Source: a virus
Lineage: Duplodnaviria; Caudoviricetes
Length of the DNA stretch: 25,591 nucleotides
Virus record (IMG/VR): IMGVR_UViG_3300043432_000152
Coordinates: 1-25,591 of that record
Reading direction: 5' to 3' (one strand)
The notes under the pieces were generated by a model. It worked only from the letters and a program-made list of their open reading frames with translations. It was not told where the DNA came from and made no database searches. Below are positions 1 through 7,973 of the stretch, in pieces (positions within the stretch are counted from its first letter, which is position 1; the number at the start of each line of letters is the position of its first letter). A program made the position numbers and the translations under genes.

Positions 1-2
1 CG

Positions 3-764
3 GGCGCAGGCGTGCCCGGCAAGGTGCCCCCTGAAGTAGAAGTTAAAGTTAAAGAACAAACTACAGAAAACGGCGAAGCGGAAGTAACGGACGTTTTACC
101 GGCCGCGGCTGCGCCGCCGTTGGCGGAAAAAGCGCCGGATGAACGGCCCGAACTTCAACACCCGCCGACGCTTAAGCCGCATGAGGCGCAGTATCTGAAA
201 GATGCGAGGGCGTTTCAGGAAGAGCTGGACCGGCCGAGCGGCACAGGTCGCGAACAACCGCGACCCGTGGCACCCAACGGCTCGGCGGAATCTACAAGCA
301 CCGCGGCGAAGGTGTTTGAGGCTCAGCAGTGGACGACCTTTGCGGAGACGCTGCGGCGCTGGGGGGTGGGCGAAGAGCAGACGCGGCGGATATGCCGCTG
401 GCTGAAGGGCGAACCGCTGGCTCCGAAGGTCACGCCCACGGACCGGTTCCTGCACGTGCTGTCGCTGGTGAAGTACACAATGGACCAGTGCGTGAAGACC
501 ACGGAGCCGCGGCAGAACTTTACCGGGTACGTGATCAGCTTGTGGGAGAAGCGGACGGCGGTGGCCGGGGAGCACATCACCACGGCGAAGCTTGGGTGGA
601 CGGCGGCGGAGAGTTCCAAGCCGAGCCTGGACCCGCGGGCGAAGTGGGTGCAGGCGCTGGTGCTCGAAATGTGTGGTATGGCGGGCAGGGACGCCCGCCC
701 CACCGGGCCGAGCGACGGCGGGGCGGCGAAGCGGACGGCGATCCTAAGCGCGGCGCGGCGGTAA
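3..764 (+). CDS. 5'-truncated ORF, possibly the C-terminal part of a phage replication initiator
   Basis: Frame is open from the window start. VEVKVKEQ segment, low-complexity linker and a C-terminal helical region (QNFTGYVISLWEK) recall phage replication proteins; function is inferred. Confidence 0.4.
   Translation, partial: GAGVPGKVPPEVEVKVKEQTTENGEAEVTDVLPAAAAPPLAEKAPDERPELQHPPTLKPHEAQYLKDARAFQEELDRPSGTGREQPRPVAPNGSAESTSTAAKVFEAQQWTTFAETLRRWGVGEEQTRRICRWLKGEPLAPKVTPTDRFLHVLSLVKYTMDQCVKTTEPRQNFTGYVISLWEKRTAVAGEHITTAKLGWTAAESSKPSLDPRAKWVQALVLEMCGMAGRDARPTGPSDGGAAKRTAILSAARR
680..709 (-). repeat. REP-like hairpin, copy 1 (inside CDS)
   Basis: GGCGGGC-AGGGAC-GCCCGCC-CCAC; on the minus strand GTGG precedes a 7-bp palindrome. 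30/30 identical to 14667-14696. Confidence 0.8.
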
Positions 765-797
765 TTCACCGCCTAGTTCACAGAGGACGCGGAGAAC
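765..797 (+). repeat. Cassette-flanking repeat L1 (9-mer type)
   Basis: TTCACCGCCTAGTTCACAGAGGACGCGGAGAAC; 29/33 identical to 5344-5376 and 28/32 to the reverse complement of 3750-3781. Its GGAG lies 8 nt before ATG 803. Confidence 0.9.
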
Positions 798-802
798 GGC
801 AC

Positions 803-1093
803 ATGCCATACAGCGATGAATATGAGAAGGAGGTGCGGCTTTTAGAGGCCTGGTTTATCGAGCAGATCGCCGGGTTGGAGCCGCTTTCCCTGACGACGGC
901 GGAGTACAAGATCGGAACGGACGCAGTGCCGGAACCCTGGAAGGGCATCGTGGCAGAGGCGGGAAAGATTTGGCTGGCACACCGGAATTACGAGCTTTCA
1001 TACAATCAGATTTGCCGAGCCTTCTTTGCCGCGGCTGACAAGTGTGGTTTGGCGCTGAGATTCCCAGCGCCGGGTGCAAAAAGTTCGTTGTAG
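803..1093 (+). CDS. Hypothetical accessory protein (96 aa, MPYSDEYEKE...)
   Basis: ATG 803 with GGAG RBS; more A/T-ending codons than the core genes; true start of the 329..1093 ORF. Confidence 0.75.
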   Translation: MPYSDEYEKEVRLLEAWFIEQIAGLEPLSLTTAEYKIGTDAVPEPWKGIVAEAGKIWLAHRNYELSYNQICRAFFAAADKCGLALRFPAPGAKSSL

Positions 1094-1123
1094 TTCTTAG
1101 CGTCTTTGCGGCTTGGCGTGAGA
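1093..1123 (-). repeat. Cassette-flanking repeat R1 (8-mer type)
   Basis: GTTCTTAGCGTCTTTGCGGCTTGGCGTGAGA begins at the G of the TAG stop; the reverse complement has CGCCAAGC/CGCAAAGA/CGCTAAGA units. Confidence 0.75.
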
Positions 1124-1133
1124 CGGGGTGACG

Positions 1134-1310
1134 ATGAATCGGCCGGGGCATCATACGCTGTGTGCGGCGCGGGAGCTGGCCAGGGGCAAGGCTCACCGGT
1201 GCCGGGACTGTTCGGCGGTGCTGAACAGCCGCAACCCGCTGCGGGTATGCGGGACGTGCACGCGCAAGCGGGCGGAGTCGGGGCGGCTGCTGAAGGGGAA
1301 CTTCAAGTAA
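1134..1310 (+). CDS. Small zinc-finger-like protein
   Basis: CRDC...CGTC pair; fills the gap between repeats; GGGGTG upstream (alternative GTG start at 1128). Confidence 0.65.
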   Translation: MNRPGHHTLCAARELARGKAHRCRDCSAVLNSRNPLRVCGTCTRKRAESGRLLKGNFK

Positions 1311-1312
1311 GG

Positions 1313-1347
1313 CAAATTCGAAGCACGAAGCTCGAAATCCGAAAGGG
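1313..1347 (+). repeat. Degenerate 7-mer tandem array
   Basis: CAAATTC GAAGCAC GAAGCTC GAAATCC GAAAGGG, between stop 1310 and ATG 1355. Confidence 0.75.
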
Positions 1348-1354
1348 GCTGGGC

Positions 1355-1933
1355 ATGAGCGAGGGGAATGGGCAGGAGCCTGGGCAGGAGGCGGAACAGA
1401 AGGTGGACCAACCGCAAGCGGAAGGGCCGGCCGGAGCGCCGACGGGTCTACTGCCGTACGGGCCGGAAGATGTGCTGGCGCTGGCGCAGCGGGTGCAGAA
1501 GGGGCTGGCGGAGCGGCAGGCGGCCGAGGCGAAGGCGGCGGCGCGGGGGGAACCGGGGCTGCCGGAACTGACGCCAGAGGAACGCGTGGCGCTTGCTCAG
1601 GCGCCGCTCACCTGGGAAGAGGCGCAGCGGCTGCTGGTGACGATCAACTTCCTGGCGGAGCGCGCGGGGGCGATGAAGGCGGAGCTGGACGAGGTTGTGC
1701 CGTTCAAGAACAACGCGGTGAACGTGCTGGCGGCGCTGGCGCTCAAGTGCGGGGGCTGGTTCGATCTGACCGAGGCTCAGATGGCCAGGGTGCCGCAGGG
1801 CGCGAGCGTGCAGATCGGGCTGCTTAAGGATGAATGGACGGGCAAGGAGAAGCTGCGGGTGAGCGTGCCGTCGCCGCCGCTGGACCCCAACGCGGGGCGC
1901 GGGCTGGTGCTGCCGGGGAACTTCCAGCGGTAG
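1355..1933 (+). CDS. Hypothetical phage protein (MSEGNGQEPG...)
   Basis: Core-like GC3 codon usage; ATG 1355 after AAAGGGG; helical central region. Confidence 0.8.
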   Translation: MSEGNGQEPGQEAEQKVDQPQAEGPAGAPTGLLPYGPEDVLALAQRVQKGLAERQAAEAKAAARGEPGLPELTPEERVALAQAPLTWEEAQRLLVTINFLAERAGAMKAELDEVVPFKNNAVNVLAALALKCGGWFDLTEAQMARVPQGASVQIGLLKDEWTGKEKLRVSVPSPPLDPNAGRGLVLPGNFQR

Positions 1934-1948
1934 GAAAGCGGGGCTGTT

Positions 1949-1982
1949 TTTCACCATAGAGCGCGTAGAGTGCGCGGGGAGG
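1949..1982 (+). repeat. Cassette-flanking repeat L2 (9-mer type, degenerate)
   Basis: TTTCACCATAGAGCGCGTAGAGTGCGCGGGGAGG; 1949-1973 is 18/25 identical to the reverse complement of 2243-2267; ends in the GGAGG RBS of 1989. Confidence 0.7.
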
Positions 1983-1988
1983 CTGACG

Positions 1989-2243
1989 ATGGACGAGCGA
2001 GTTCTAAAACTAGCGAAGGCTTACGGCACCTCGAAGATTCACACGCGCAAGTGTTCCATGTGTAATTACCCGTTAGGCTACATCTTCAAGGATGGCGCGC
2101 TGGTCTACGATGCCGGATGCGACTGTACGAGCAGTTACAGCCTGGAGCCACGCATGGTGTCGGATTTGACGGATTGGCTGGACATGAACAAACCAGAACT
2201 ATTCGACCGCCTGATGCGTGAAGCGCCGGGTGCTCAGAGTTAG
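1989..2243 (+). CDS. Small Cys-containing accessory protein (putative Zn-binding)
   Basis: GGAGG RBS; CSMC and GCDC motifs; A/T-richer than the core genes. Confidence 0.8.
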   Translation: MDERVLKLAKAYGTSKIHTRKCSMCNYPLGYIFKDGALVYDAGCDCTSSYSLEPRMVSDLTDWLDMNKPELFDRLMREAPGAQS

Positions 2244-2267
2244 TTCTCCGCGTGCTCTGCGGTGAAA
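2243..2267 (-). repeat. Cassette-flanking repeat R2
   Basis: GTTCTCCGCGTGCTCTGCGGTGAAA starting at the G of the TAG stop. Confidence 0.85.
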
Positions 2268-2276
2268 GGTTGTGCG

Positions 2277-2912
2277 ATGAGCAAGGTGGCGGCGCGCATC
2301 CGGCGGGTGAAGTACGGGCAGGGGCTGGCGGCGAACCTGACGCAGCGGGCGGCGGCGCTGGCGGCGGGGTACCGGGAGTGCCCGAGCCTGGACGCGCTGG
2401 CTTCGAAGCTGGCGAAGCACCCGGAAGTACAGGCGGAGATCGCGCGTTGCCAGGCGGCGAGCCGCGCAAAGGCGGTGGCGAAGCGGCGGCGGGCGCTGGA
2501 GATCCTGACGCAGCAGCTCGAGTTCGACCTGGGGCCGTACATCGAGGAATACGAGGCGCCGGTGCTGACCCTGACGGGCCAGGCCCTGGGCGCGGATGGA
2601 AAGCCGATGATGCAGAAGAAGCTGCGCATCGACGTGAAGAAGATCAAGGAGGACAAGAAGGCGCATCTGCTGGCGGGGCTGGAGATTCGCAAAGACGGCA
2701 GCATCAAGTTCAACCTGCACGACAAGCAGGGCGCGATCGACCGGCTGGCGAAGCTGCGGGGGTGGAACAAGCCGGAGAAGGTGCAGCACAGCGGGAGCGT
2801 GGGGCTGGGGCGTGACCCGGCGCAGATGACGCAGGCGGAGATCGACGCGGAGCTGGCGGCGCTGGAGCGGGCACGGGCGCCGCAACGGCGCCACGAAGAC
2901 ACGAAGAAGTGA
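2277..2912 (+). CDS. terS: Terminase small subunit
   Basis: N-terminal HTH-like NLTQRAAALAAGY...ASKLAKHPEVQAEI and C-terminal KFNLHDKQGAIDRLAK, typical of TerS; upstream of TerL. Confidence 0.85.
   Translation: MSKVAARIRRVKYGQGLAANLTQRAAALAAGYRECPSLDALASKLAKHPEVQAEIARCQAASRAKAVAKRRRALEILTQQLEFDLGPYIEEYEAPVLTLTGQALGADGKPMMQKKLRIDVKKIKEDKKAHLLAGLEIRKDGSIKFNLHDKQGAIDRLAKLRGWNKPEKVQHSGSVGLGRDPAQMTQAEIDAELAALERARAPQRRHEDTKK
2890..2908 (+). repeat. Cassette-flanking repeat L3 (8-mer type) within the TerS 3' end
   Basis: GCCACGAAGACACGAAGAA (CACGAAGA x2) encodes the HEDTKK end of TerS; 15/19 identical to the reverse complement of 1094-1112. Confidence 0.65.
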
Positions 2913-2934
2913 AGCCGCACGAGGAAAGGAACGT

Positions 2935-3750
2935 ATGATAGCACGTGTTTTTCCAAGAAGGACCAAGGCAACCCCTACAGATGCACTTTCATTCTGTGGG
3001 CCGCCCGACCTTTTCGCGGGCACGCTTGGGATAACGGAGGTTCATGTTTCTGTTGTGTTTACCTGGGATATTGAGCGTGGGCAGGCGTTACGCACCGCAT
3101 GGGAGCGCATTGCTCCAGCCAAGATCGGCGGCCCGGCGCTAGGGCAGCGTGGAGAGTTTTTTGAGCCAGGCAAATATCTGCGGCGCGGCTATACGATTAC
3201 GAGCCGCGGGTGCCCGCGCGACTGCTGGTTTTGCCGAGTTCCCAAAGTGGAAGGCCGCCTACGGGAATTGCCGATCGTGCCAGGCTGGAAGGTGCAGGAT
3301 GATAACTTATTGGCAACAAGTCGGGCCCACTTCAGCTCTGTTGTTAATATGCTAAAGGAACAACCAGAGCCGGCCGAGTTCACGGGCGGTTTAGAGGCGC
3401 TGCTTTTGGAGGACTGGCACGTGGAAGGGCTCGCGAGTCTGAGCCCTAAGCCGACCTGTTTTTTTGCTTACGACCCTGGCGATAAGCTGGAAACGCTTGA
3501 AATTGCGGCCAAGAAAATGCTATCTGCAGGGTTCACTACTGCAGGGCACAGGCTTCGTTGCTACGTTTTGATTGGCTGGCCGGCCGATAAGATTGAAGAC
3601 GCCGAGCACCGTTTAAGGCAGATGCTCGCAATCGGGTTTACGCCCATGGCAATGCTTTGGAGAAACCCCAGAAGTGGGCTGCCTATTGCAGATGAGTGGC
3701 GACGTTTCCAGCGGGAGTGGGCACGCCCCGCGATCATCCATAGTAGGTAG
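2935..3750 (+). CDS. Radical SAM superfamily protein inserted between terS and terL
   Basis: TSRGCPRDCWFC matches the CxxxCxxC [4Fe-4S] motif; DDNLLA and GGLEA segments; AAAGGA RBS; atypical A/T-richer codons. Confidence 0.85.
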   Translation: MIARVFPRRTKATPTDALSFCGPPDLFAGTLGITEVHVSVVFTWDIERGQALRTAWERIAPAKIGGPALGQRGEFFEPGKYLRRGYTITSRGCPRDCWFCRVPKVEGRLRELPIVPGWKVQDDNLLATSRAHFSSVVNMLKEQPEPAEFTGGLEALLLEDWHVEGLASLSPKPTCFFAYDPGDKLETLEIAAKKMLSAGFTTAGHRLRCYVLIGWPADKIEDAEHRLRQMLAIGFTPMAMLWRNPRSGLPIADEWRRFQREWARPAIIHSR

Positions 3751-3781
3751 TTCTCCGTGTGCTCTGTGAATTAGGTGGTGA
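3750..3781 (-). repeat. Cassette-flanking repeat R3
   Basis: GTTCTCCGTGTGCTCTGTGAATTAGGTGGTGA starting at the G of TAG; 28/32 to L1 in inverted orientation; its AGGTGG is placed as the RBS for terL. Confidence 0.9.
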
Positions 3782-3785
3782 GCTT

Positions 3786-5336
3786 ATGACCACGGCGCTG
3801 CTGAACCGGCGGGCGTTGGCGCTGGAGCGGGAGCGGGCGCTGCGGGCTCGGGACCCGCTGCTGGCGGCGTTCCGGTCGGCCACGGCCGCGCAGCGGGGCT
3901 GGATCGAGAGCACGGCGCGCGAGAAGGGCGCGGAAGGCGGCAACCAGAGCGGCAAGACGCGCTCGGTGATCGTGGATTTCCTCTTGCAGGCCTTAGGGAT
4001 CCATCCTTCGCGCCGCTGGGTTCCGCCGGTGCCCGGCGCGACGTGGAAGGGCTGGTATTCGACCACCACCTACCAACTGTTCGCGGAGCAGGGCTGGCAC
4101 CACATGCGCAGCCTGCTGCTCTTTGCCGGCGAGCAGGTGCCCAAGAGCGGCGCGCAGACGCGGCGCATCGTGGAGATCGGCTGGGACAAGAAGAGCCCCG
4201 AGCGCGTGAAGTACCTCAAGCTGAAGCGCGAGGACGGGCACCTGGCGGAGATCTACATCAAGAGCTACGACCAGGGCCGGCAGGAGTTCCAGTCCGCCGA
4301 GGTGGACTACCTGGCGCTGGACGAGGAGTGCCCGGAGGAGATCTACGAGGAGGCTCAGCCGCGCATCCTGCGCCGCGGCGGGCAGATCGGGGTCGGGGCT
4401 ACGCCCGTCGAAGGGGTGCAGTGGCTGGAAGAGCTGCGGGCTCGAGCGGAGAAGGGCGACCCGGACGTCTTCCATACCCGGTTCAGCACGATCGACAACC
4501 CGAGCCTGTCGCCTGCGGACCTGTCCAAGCTGGTGAAGCGCTTCGAGGGCCGGCCGGACCTGGCGCGGTTGCGGCTCGAAGGCTACCCGGTGGTGGACGA
4601 GGGCAAGGTGTATCCGGACGTGATCTTTAACGTGCCGGGGCGGATCGTGAAGCCGTTCACCATCGGCGGCGAGTGGGCCAAGTACCGGGGGATCGACCAC
4701 GGGGTGCACGTCTGCGCGGGGCTGTGGGTGGCGGTGGCGCCGGGGCGGAAGAAGATCGCGCTGTACCGCGAGTACTACGGCGAGGACGTGGAGCCGGTGG
4801 TCGGGCGGGGCCTGGATGAGCACGGGGTGCCGCTGGACCGGGGCAACGCGGCGAACATCCGCATCTTAAGCCAGGAGGACGGCGGGGAGCACATCTACCA
4901 GGAGAGCATCATCGACAAGGCGACCCTTGGTAGTGGGCAGGAGACGGGCACGCCTTTGATCGAGCTGTGGGAAGAGGCGGGGGTGCGCTGCGAGGCCTGC
5001 CCGGACAACCGGCTGGAGCCTGGGATCGAGCGGGTGAAGAACCTGATGGCGGAGCGGGCTCCGGATGGTACGCCGCTGCTGGTGATCTTCGATACATGCA
5101 CGCACTACCTGCGCGAGCGGCGGCTGTACAGCCGGCAGCCGCGGCGGGAGAAGGGCGACGACGGGCCGATGCGCCCGGTAAAGCGGGTGGACCACACGCA
5201 GGACGTGCTCAGGTACCTGGTGGCGCTGGGGCTGGAGCCCGCGGCGCCGAAGCCGCCGCCGGTGCCGCCGCAGGGCACGATCGGGCGGAAGTTCTGGGAG
5301 CAGCGGAACCGGAAGGTGCGAAAGAGCACGCTGTAA
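3786..5336 (+). CDS. terL: Terminase large subunit
   Basis: Walker A GGNQSGKT, Walker B YLALDEE, GATP coupling motif, RNase H-like nuclease GIDHG...DHTQDVLRY. Confidence 0.95.
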   Translation: MTTALLNRRALALERERALRARDPLLAAFRSATAAQRGWIESTAREKGAEGGNQSGKTRSVIVDFLLQALGIHPSRRWVPPVPGATWKGWYSTTTYQLFAEQGWHHMRSLLLFAGEQVPKSGAQTRRIVEIGWDKKSPERVKYLKLKREDGHLAEIYIKSYDQGRQEFQSAEVDYLALDEECPEEIYEEAQPRILRRGGQIGVGATPVEGVQWLEELRARAEKGDPDVFHTRFSTIDNPSLSPADLSKLVKRFEGRPDLARLRLEGYPVVDEGKVYPDVIFNVPGRIVKPFTIGGEWAKYRGIDHGVHVCAGLWVAVAPGRKKIALYREYYGEDVEPVVGRGLDEHGVPLDRGNAANIRILSQEDGGEHIYQESIIDKATLGSGQETGTPLIELWEEAGVRCEACPDNRLEPGIERVKNLMAERAPDGTPLLVIFDTCTHYLRERRLYSRQPRREKGDDGPMRPVKRVDHTQDVLRYLVALGLEPAAPKPPPVPPQGTIGRKFWEQRNRKVRKSTL

Positions 5337-5343
5337 GGGCTTA

Positions 5344-5376
5344 TTCACCGCAGCGTTCGCAGAGGACGCGGAGAAC
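5344..5376 (+). repeat. Cassette-flanking repeat at the 3' end of the HTH gene
   Basis: TTCACCGCAGCGTTCGCAGAGGACGCGGAGAAC, 29/33 to L1; on the minus strand it reads TAG-CT-GTTCTCC after the HTH stop. Confidence 0.9.
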
Positions 5377-5378
5377 AG

Positions 5379-5606
5379 CTACGACTTGAGGATGCTGGCG
5401 CCGAAGCCCGGCGGGGTGGGCGTGTAGGGCTTGGGTTGCCAGGCTTTGTTGATGGTGGGGAGGTGGACGCGCCAGCGGTGGCCGGCTTTGGTGGCGCCGG
5501 GGAGCTGGCCGCGCTGGGCGAGTTTCCGCAGGGACTGCCACTTATAGCCGAAGATTTTGGCGGCCTCACGCAGGCTGAGGTATTCGCTTGCAGGCGGCTG
5601 GCTCAT
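5379..5606 (-). CDS. Excisionase-like (MerR-type winged HTH) DNA-binding protein
   Basis: YLSLREAAKIFG...LRKLAQRGQLPGATKAGHRWRV; start ATG at 5606 after AAAGGAAC; the only convincing minus-strand gene. Confidence 0.85.
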   Translation of the reverse strand: MSQPPASEYLSLREAAKIFGYKWQSLRKLAQRGQLPGATKAGHRWRVHLPTINKAWQPKPYTPTPPGFGASILKS

Positions 5607-5609
5607 CTT

Positions 5610-5640
5610 GTTCCTTTGCAGGTTATGCAGGTATTGCACT
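5610..5640. promoter_or_regulatory. 9-nt-period TGCA direct repeats upstream of the HTH gene, possible operator
   Basis: TGCA at 5617, 5626 and 5635 (TTTGCAGG TTATGCAGG TATTGCAC), in the AT-richer divergent region between HTH and portal. Confidence 0.4.
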
Positions 5641-5788
5641 TTTCGAGCCGCGAAGGTGGCTCAATGTGGCTTAATGCGGGCTAATCGTCCCATCTGCAAG
5701 CAAAAAAAATTGCATAAAGCGAAAGTCCGCCGGAAGAGTACAGGCTGACGAAGTTAAGTACGGCCAAGGCCAGCGGCGAGGGTGAGGT

Positions 5789-7663
5789 GTGAGCTTTGGG
5801 CAAGCACCGTCACCTCTTGCCGCGGGTCCGGCTCCTGAAGCAGGAGCGGGGCCTATGGCCTTGGGCGGGCTGCCGAACATCTTAACGCAGGGGATGCTGC
5901 AGGCGCCGGGGTTTGGCGAGGACGACTGGCGGAAGGTGATCGAGGCGGCGGAAGCGCACGCGGTCAGCACCAAGGCGGAGACGGACGACCTGATCCGGCA
6001 GTTCAAGGACGGGATCTTAAGGACCAGCGAGGGCGGCGAGGTGAGCGCGAATTTCGCCTTCTCTTACATCACCATGCTGATGGCGTTCCTCATGGGCGGC
6101 GGAGCGCCGTCGCCGGAGATCGAGGCTCGAGATGTGGACGGCGGCGGCGGCGAGGTCTTCATGCCGCTGGTGCAGATGGGGATGTTCCCGAACCCTGATG
6201 AGGCCCGGCGGCAGTTTGCCGACGCGATCGAGCAGGAGCAGGGCTACGCCTACGAGAACGCGGGCAGCGAGTACCACAACCTGGCGGCGCTGTTTTATGG
6301 GCTGGTGCAGGGCCAGGGGATCATCAAACTCAGCTATGACGTGGAGCGCGGCCTGGACCGGGCCGACGCGCTGTGGAACAGCGAGTTCTACGCCGACCCG
6401 AACGCGCGCTACTGCCTGCCGCAGGCGCAGTACGTGGTGCAGACGTGCGTGTGGCCGCTGGAGCAGGCGCGCAAGTTCTTCGAGGCTCGGGGCGTGCCGA
6501 AGATCGAGCCGAATTATAAGCTGGGTCAAGGCGAGGGCCTGGCGGAGGCGAAGCAGGCGAAGGACAGCCCCGAAGGCGCGCTGAAGGACCTGTACAAGTT
6601 CCACGAAGTGTGGGCGAAGGAAGGCGACCAGCGGGTGCTGATGTACTTCGAGGGCATCAGCAAGAAGCTGCTGGCGCCCAAAGGTCCCTGGCCGTTCCGG
6701 CTGGACCGCGACGAGTTCCCCTTCAGCCAGCTCTGTTTCAACCGCCAGTACCTCAAGCTGACCGACGGCTTCAGCGACTTGCAGGTGACGAAGGGCCTGC
6801 AGCGGTCCTATGAGGCGTCGGTGACGTTCATCGACAAGCACACCAAGCGCAGCCGGGCGAAGAAGGTCATGGCCGACAAGGGCATGATCGATGACGACCA
6901 GATGAACCTGCTGGAAGACCCGGACGACATGAAGTTCATCCCGGTGAAGGTGCCGGCGGGCAAGCAGCTCACCGATTGCGTGCGGGTGATCGACTTCAAC
7001 AGCGGCAACGATGCGGACATGGAGGTGGCCAGCGGGCTTAAATCCATCATAGACGAGATCTGGGGCCAAGACGAGCTGCTGCGCGGAGCCGACGCCGGCG
7101 GCAAGGAGATGACGGCGCGCGAGGCGATGGTGCGCGACGCGAACAGCAAGCTGCGAACGGGCCGGCGGCAGAAGATCCTGGACGGCTTTTTGGCCGACCA
7201 GACGCGCAAGCGGGTGATGATCGCGCTGCAGTTGGTGGCTCCGGAGAAGCTGGCGCGGATCGCGGGGCCGCAGGCGGCGCTCTTGTGGAGCCTGCACGGG
7301 GCCGACCCGGAGGACATCACGGCCGAGTACAGCATCGGGGTGACGGCCGGCAGCACCAGCGAGATGCACAAGCAGGAACGGCTGGAGCGCATGGGCAAGT
7401 TCTACGAGCGGGCCAAGGAAGCGAACCAACTCTACAATGCCACCATCTACAACCTGATCGAGATCGAGACGGCCATCAGCAAGATCGACGGCATCCGCAG
7501 GCCGGAGCAGTACCAGAACCCGCAAGCCGTAGCCGCGATCGAGCAGAACGGGGGCGCGCCTATTCCTATGGGTCCGCCACCGGGGGCTCCCATGCCCAGA
7601 GGACCTGGACCGGGGCCGAAAGGTCCGCCTCAGGGTCCGCCGGGCGGAGGGCTGCCGGCATGA
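5789..7663 (+). CDS. Portal protein
   Basis: About 620 aa after TerL; GLVQGQGIIKLSYD, EFYADPNA, KFHEVW and FPFSQL segments typical of P22/T7-like portals; Pro/Gly tail. Alternative start at ATG 5856. Confidence 0.85.
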   Translation: MSFGQAPSPLAAGPAPEAGAGPMALGGLPNILTQGMLQAPGFGEDDWRKVIEAAEAHAVSTKAETDDLIRQFKDGILRTSEGGEVSANFAFSYITMLMAFLMGGGAPSPEIEARDVDGGGGEVFMPLVQMGMFPNPDEARRQFADAIEQEQGYAYENAGSEYHNLAALFYGLVQGQGIIKLSYDVERGLDRADALWNSEFYADPNARYCLPQAQYVVQTCVWPLEQARKFFEARGVPKIEPNYKLGQGEGLAEAKQAKDSPEGALKDLYKFHEVWAKEGDQRVLMYFEGISKKLLAPKGPWPFRLDRDEFPFSQLCFNRQYLKLTDGFSDLQVTKGLQRSYEASVTFIDKHTKRSRAKKVMADKGMIDDDQMNLLEDPDDMKFIPVKVPAGKQLTDCVRVIDFNSGNDADMEVASGLKSIIDEIWGQDELLRGADAGGKEMTAREAMVRDANSKLRTGRRQKILDGFLADQTRKRVMIALQLVAPEKLARIAGPQAALLWSLHGADPEDITAEYSIGVTAGSTSEMHKQERLERMGKFYERAKEANQLYNATIYNLIEIETAISKIDGIRRPEQYQNPQAVAAIEQNGGAPIPMGPPPGAPMPRGPGPGPKGPPQGPPGGGLPA

Positions 7664-7971
7664 GCAAGGCGCAGCGGCAGGCGGAGATCGAGCAGGGGCG
7701 CGGGCGGCCGCAGAACGCAGGCCCGGGCCACGTGAGGTTCCGGCTGAACGGGCGCGAGGTGAGCCGGGCGGAGTTCCTGCGCAACCGGCAGGGCATTCCT
7801 GAAGCGGGCACGCGCGTGCAGGCTCCGCAGACGGACAAGCTCTTTGAGGGCCAGTGGGACCACGGCCTGGGGGTGCGCTTGCAGAGCCGTGCTCACCGGC
7901 GCGAGGTGATGAAGCGCCCGCGGGGCCAGGACGGGTCGAGGTTCGCGGACGGTCTGGTGGAGGCGGTCTGA
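7660..7971 (+). CDS. Hypothetical protein following portal (103 aa)
   Basis: ATGA overlap with the portal stop; GGAGGG RBS. Confidence 0.75.
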   Translation: MSKAQRQAEIEQGRGRPQNAGPGHVRFRLNGREVSRAEFLRNRQGIPEAGTRVQAPQTDKLFEGQWDHGLGVRLQSRAHRREVMKRPRGQDGSRFADGLVEAV

Positions 7972-7973
7972 GC

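Noticed and set aside
329-1354. Long N-terminal extensions of ORFs 329..1093 and 1106..1933
   Set aside because: They overlap better genes and read through repeats; RBS-supported starts are 803 and 1355.
765-5376. CRISPR array or integron attC array
   Set aside because: Copies alternate in orientation, are separated by whole genes and are degenerate. There are no compact attC palindromes and no cas or intI gene.
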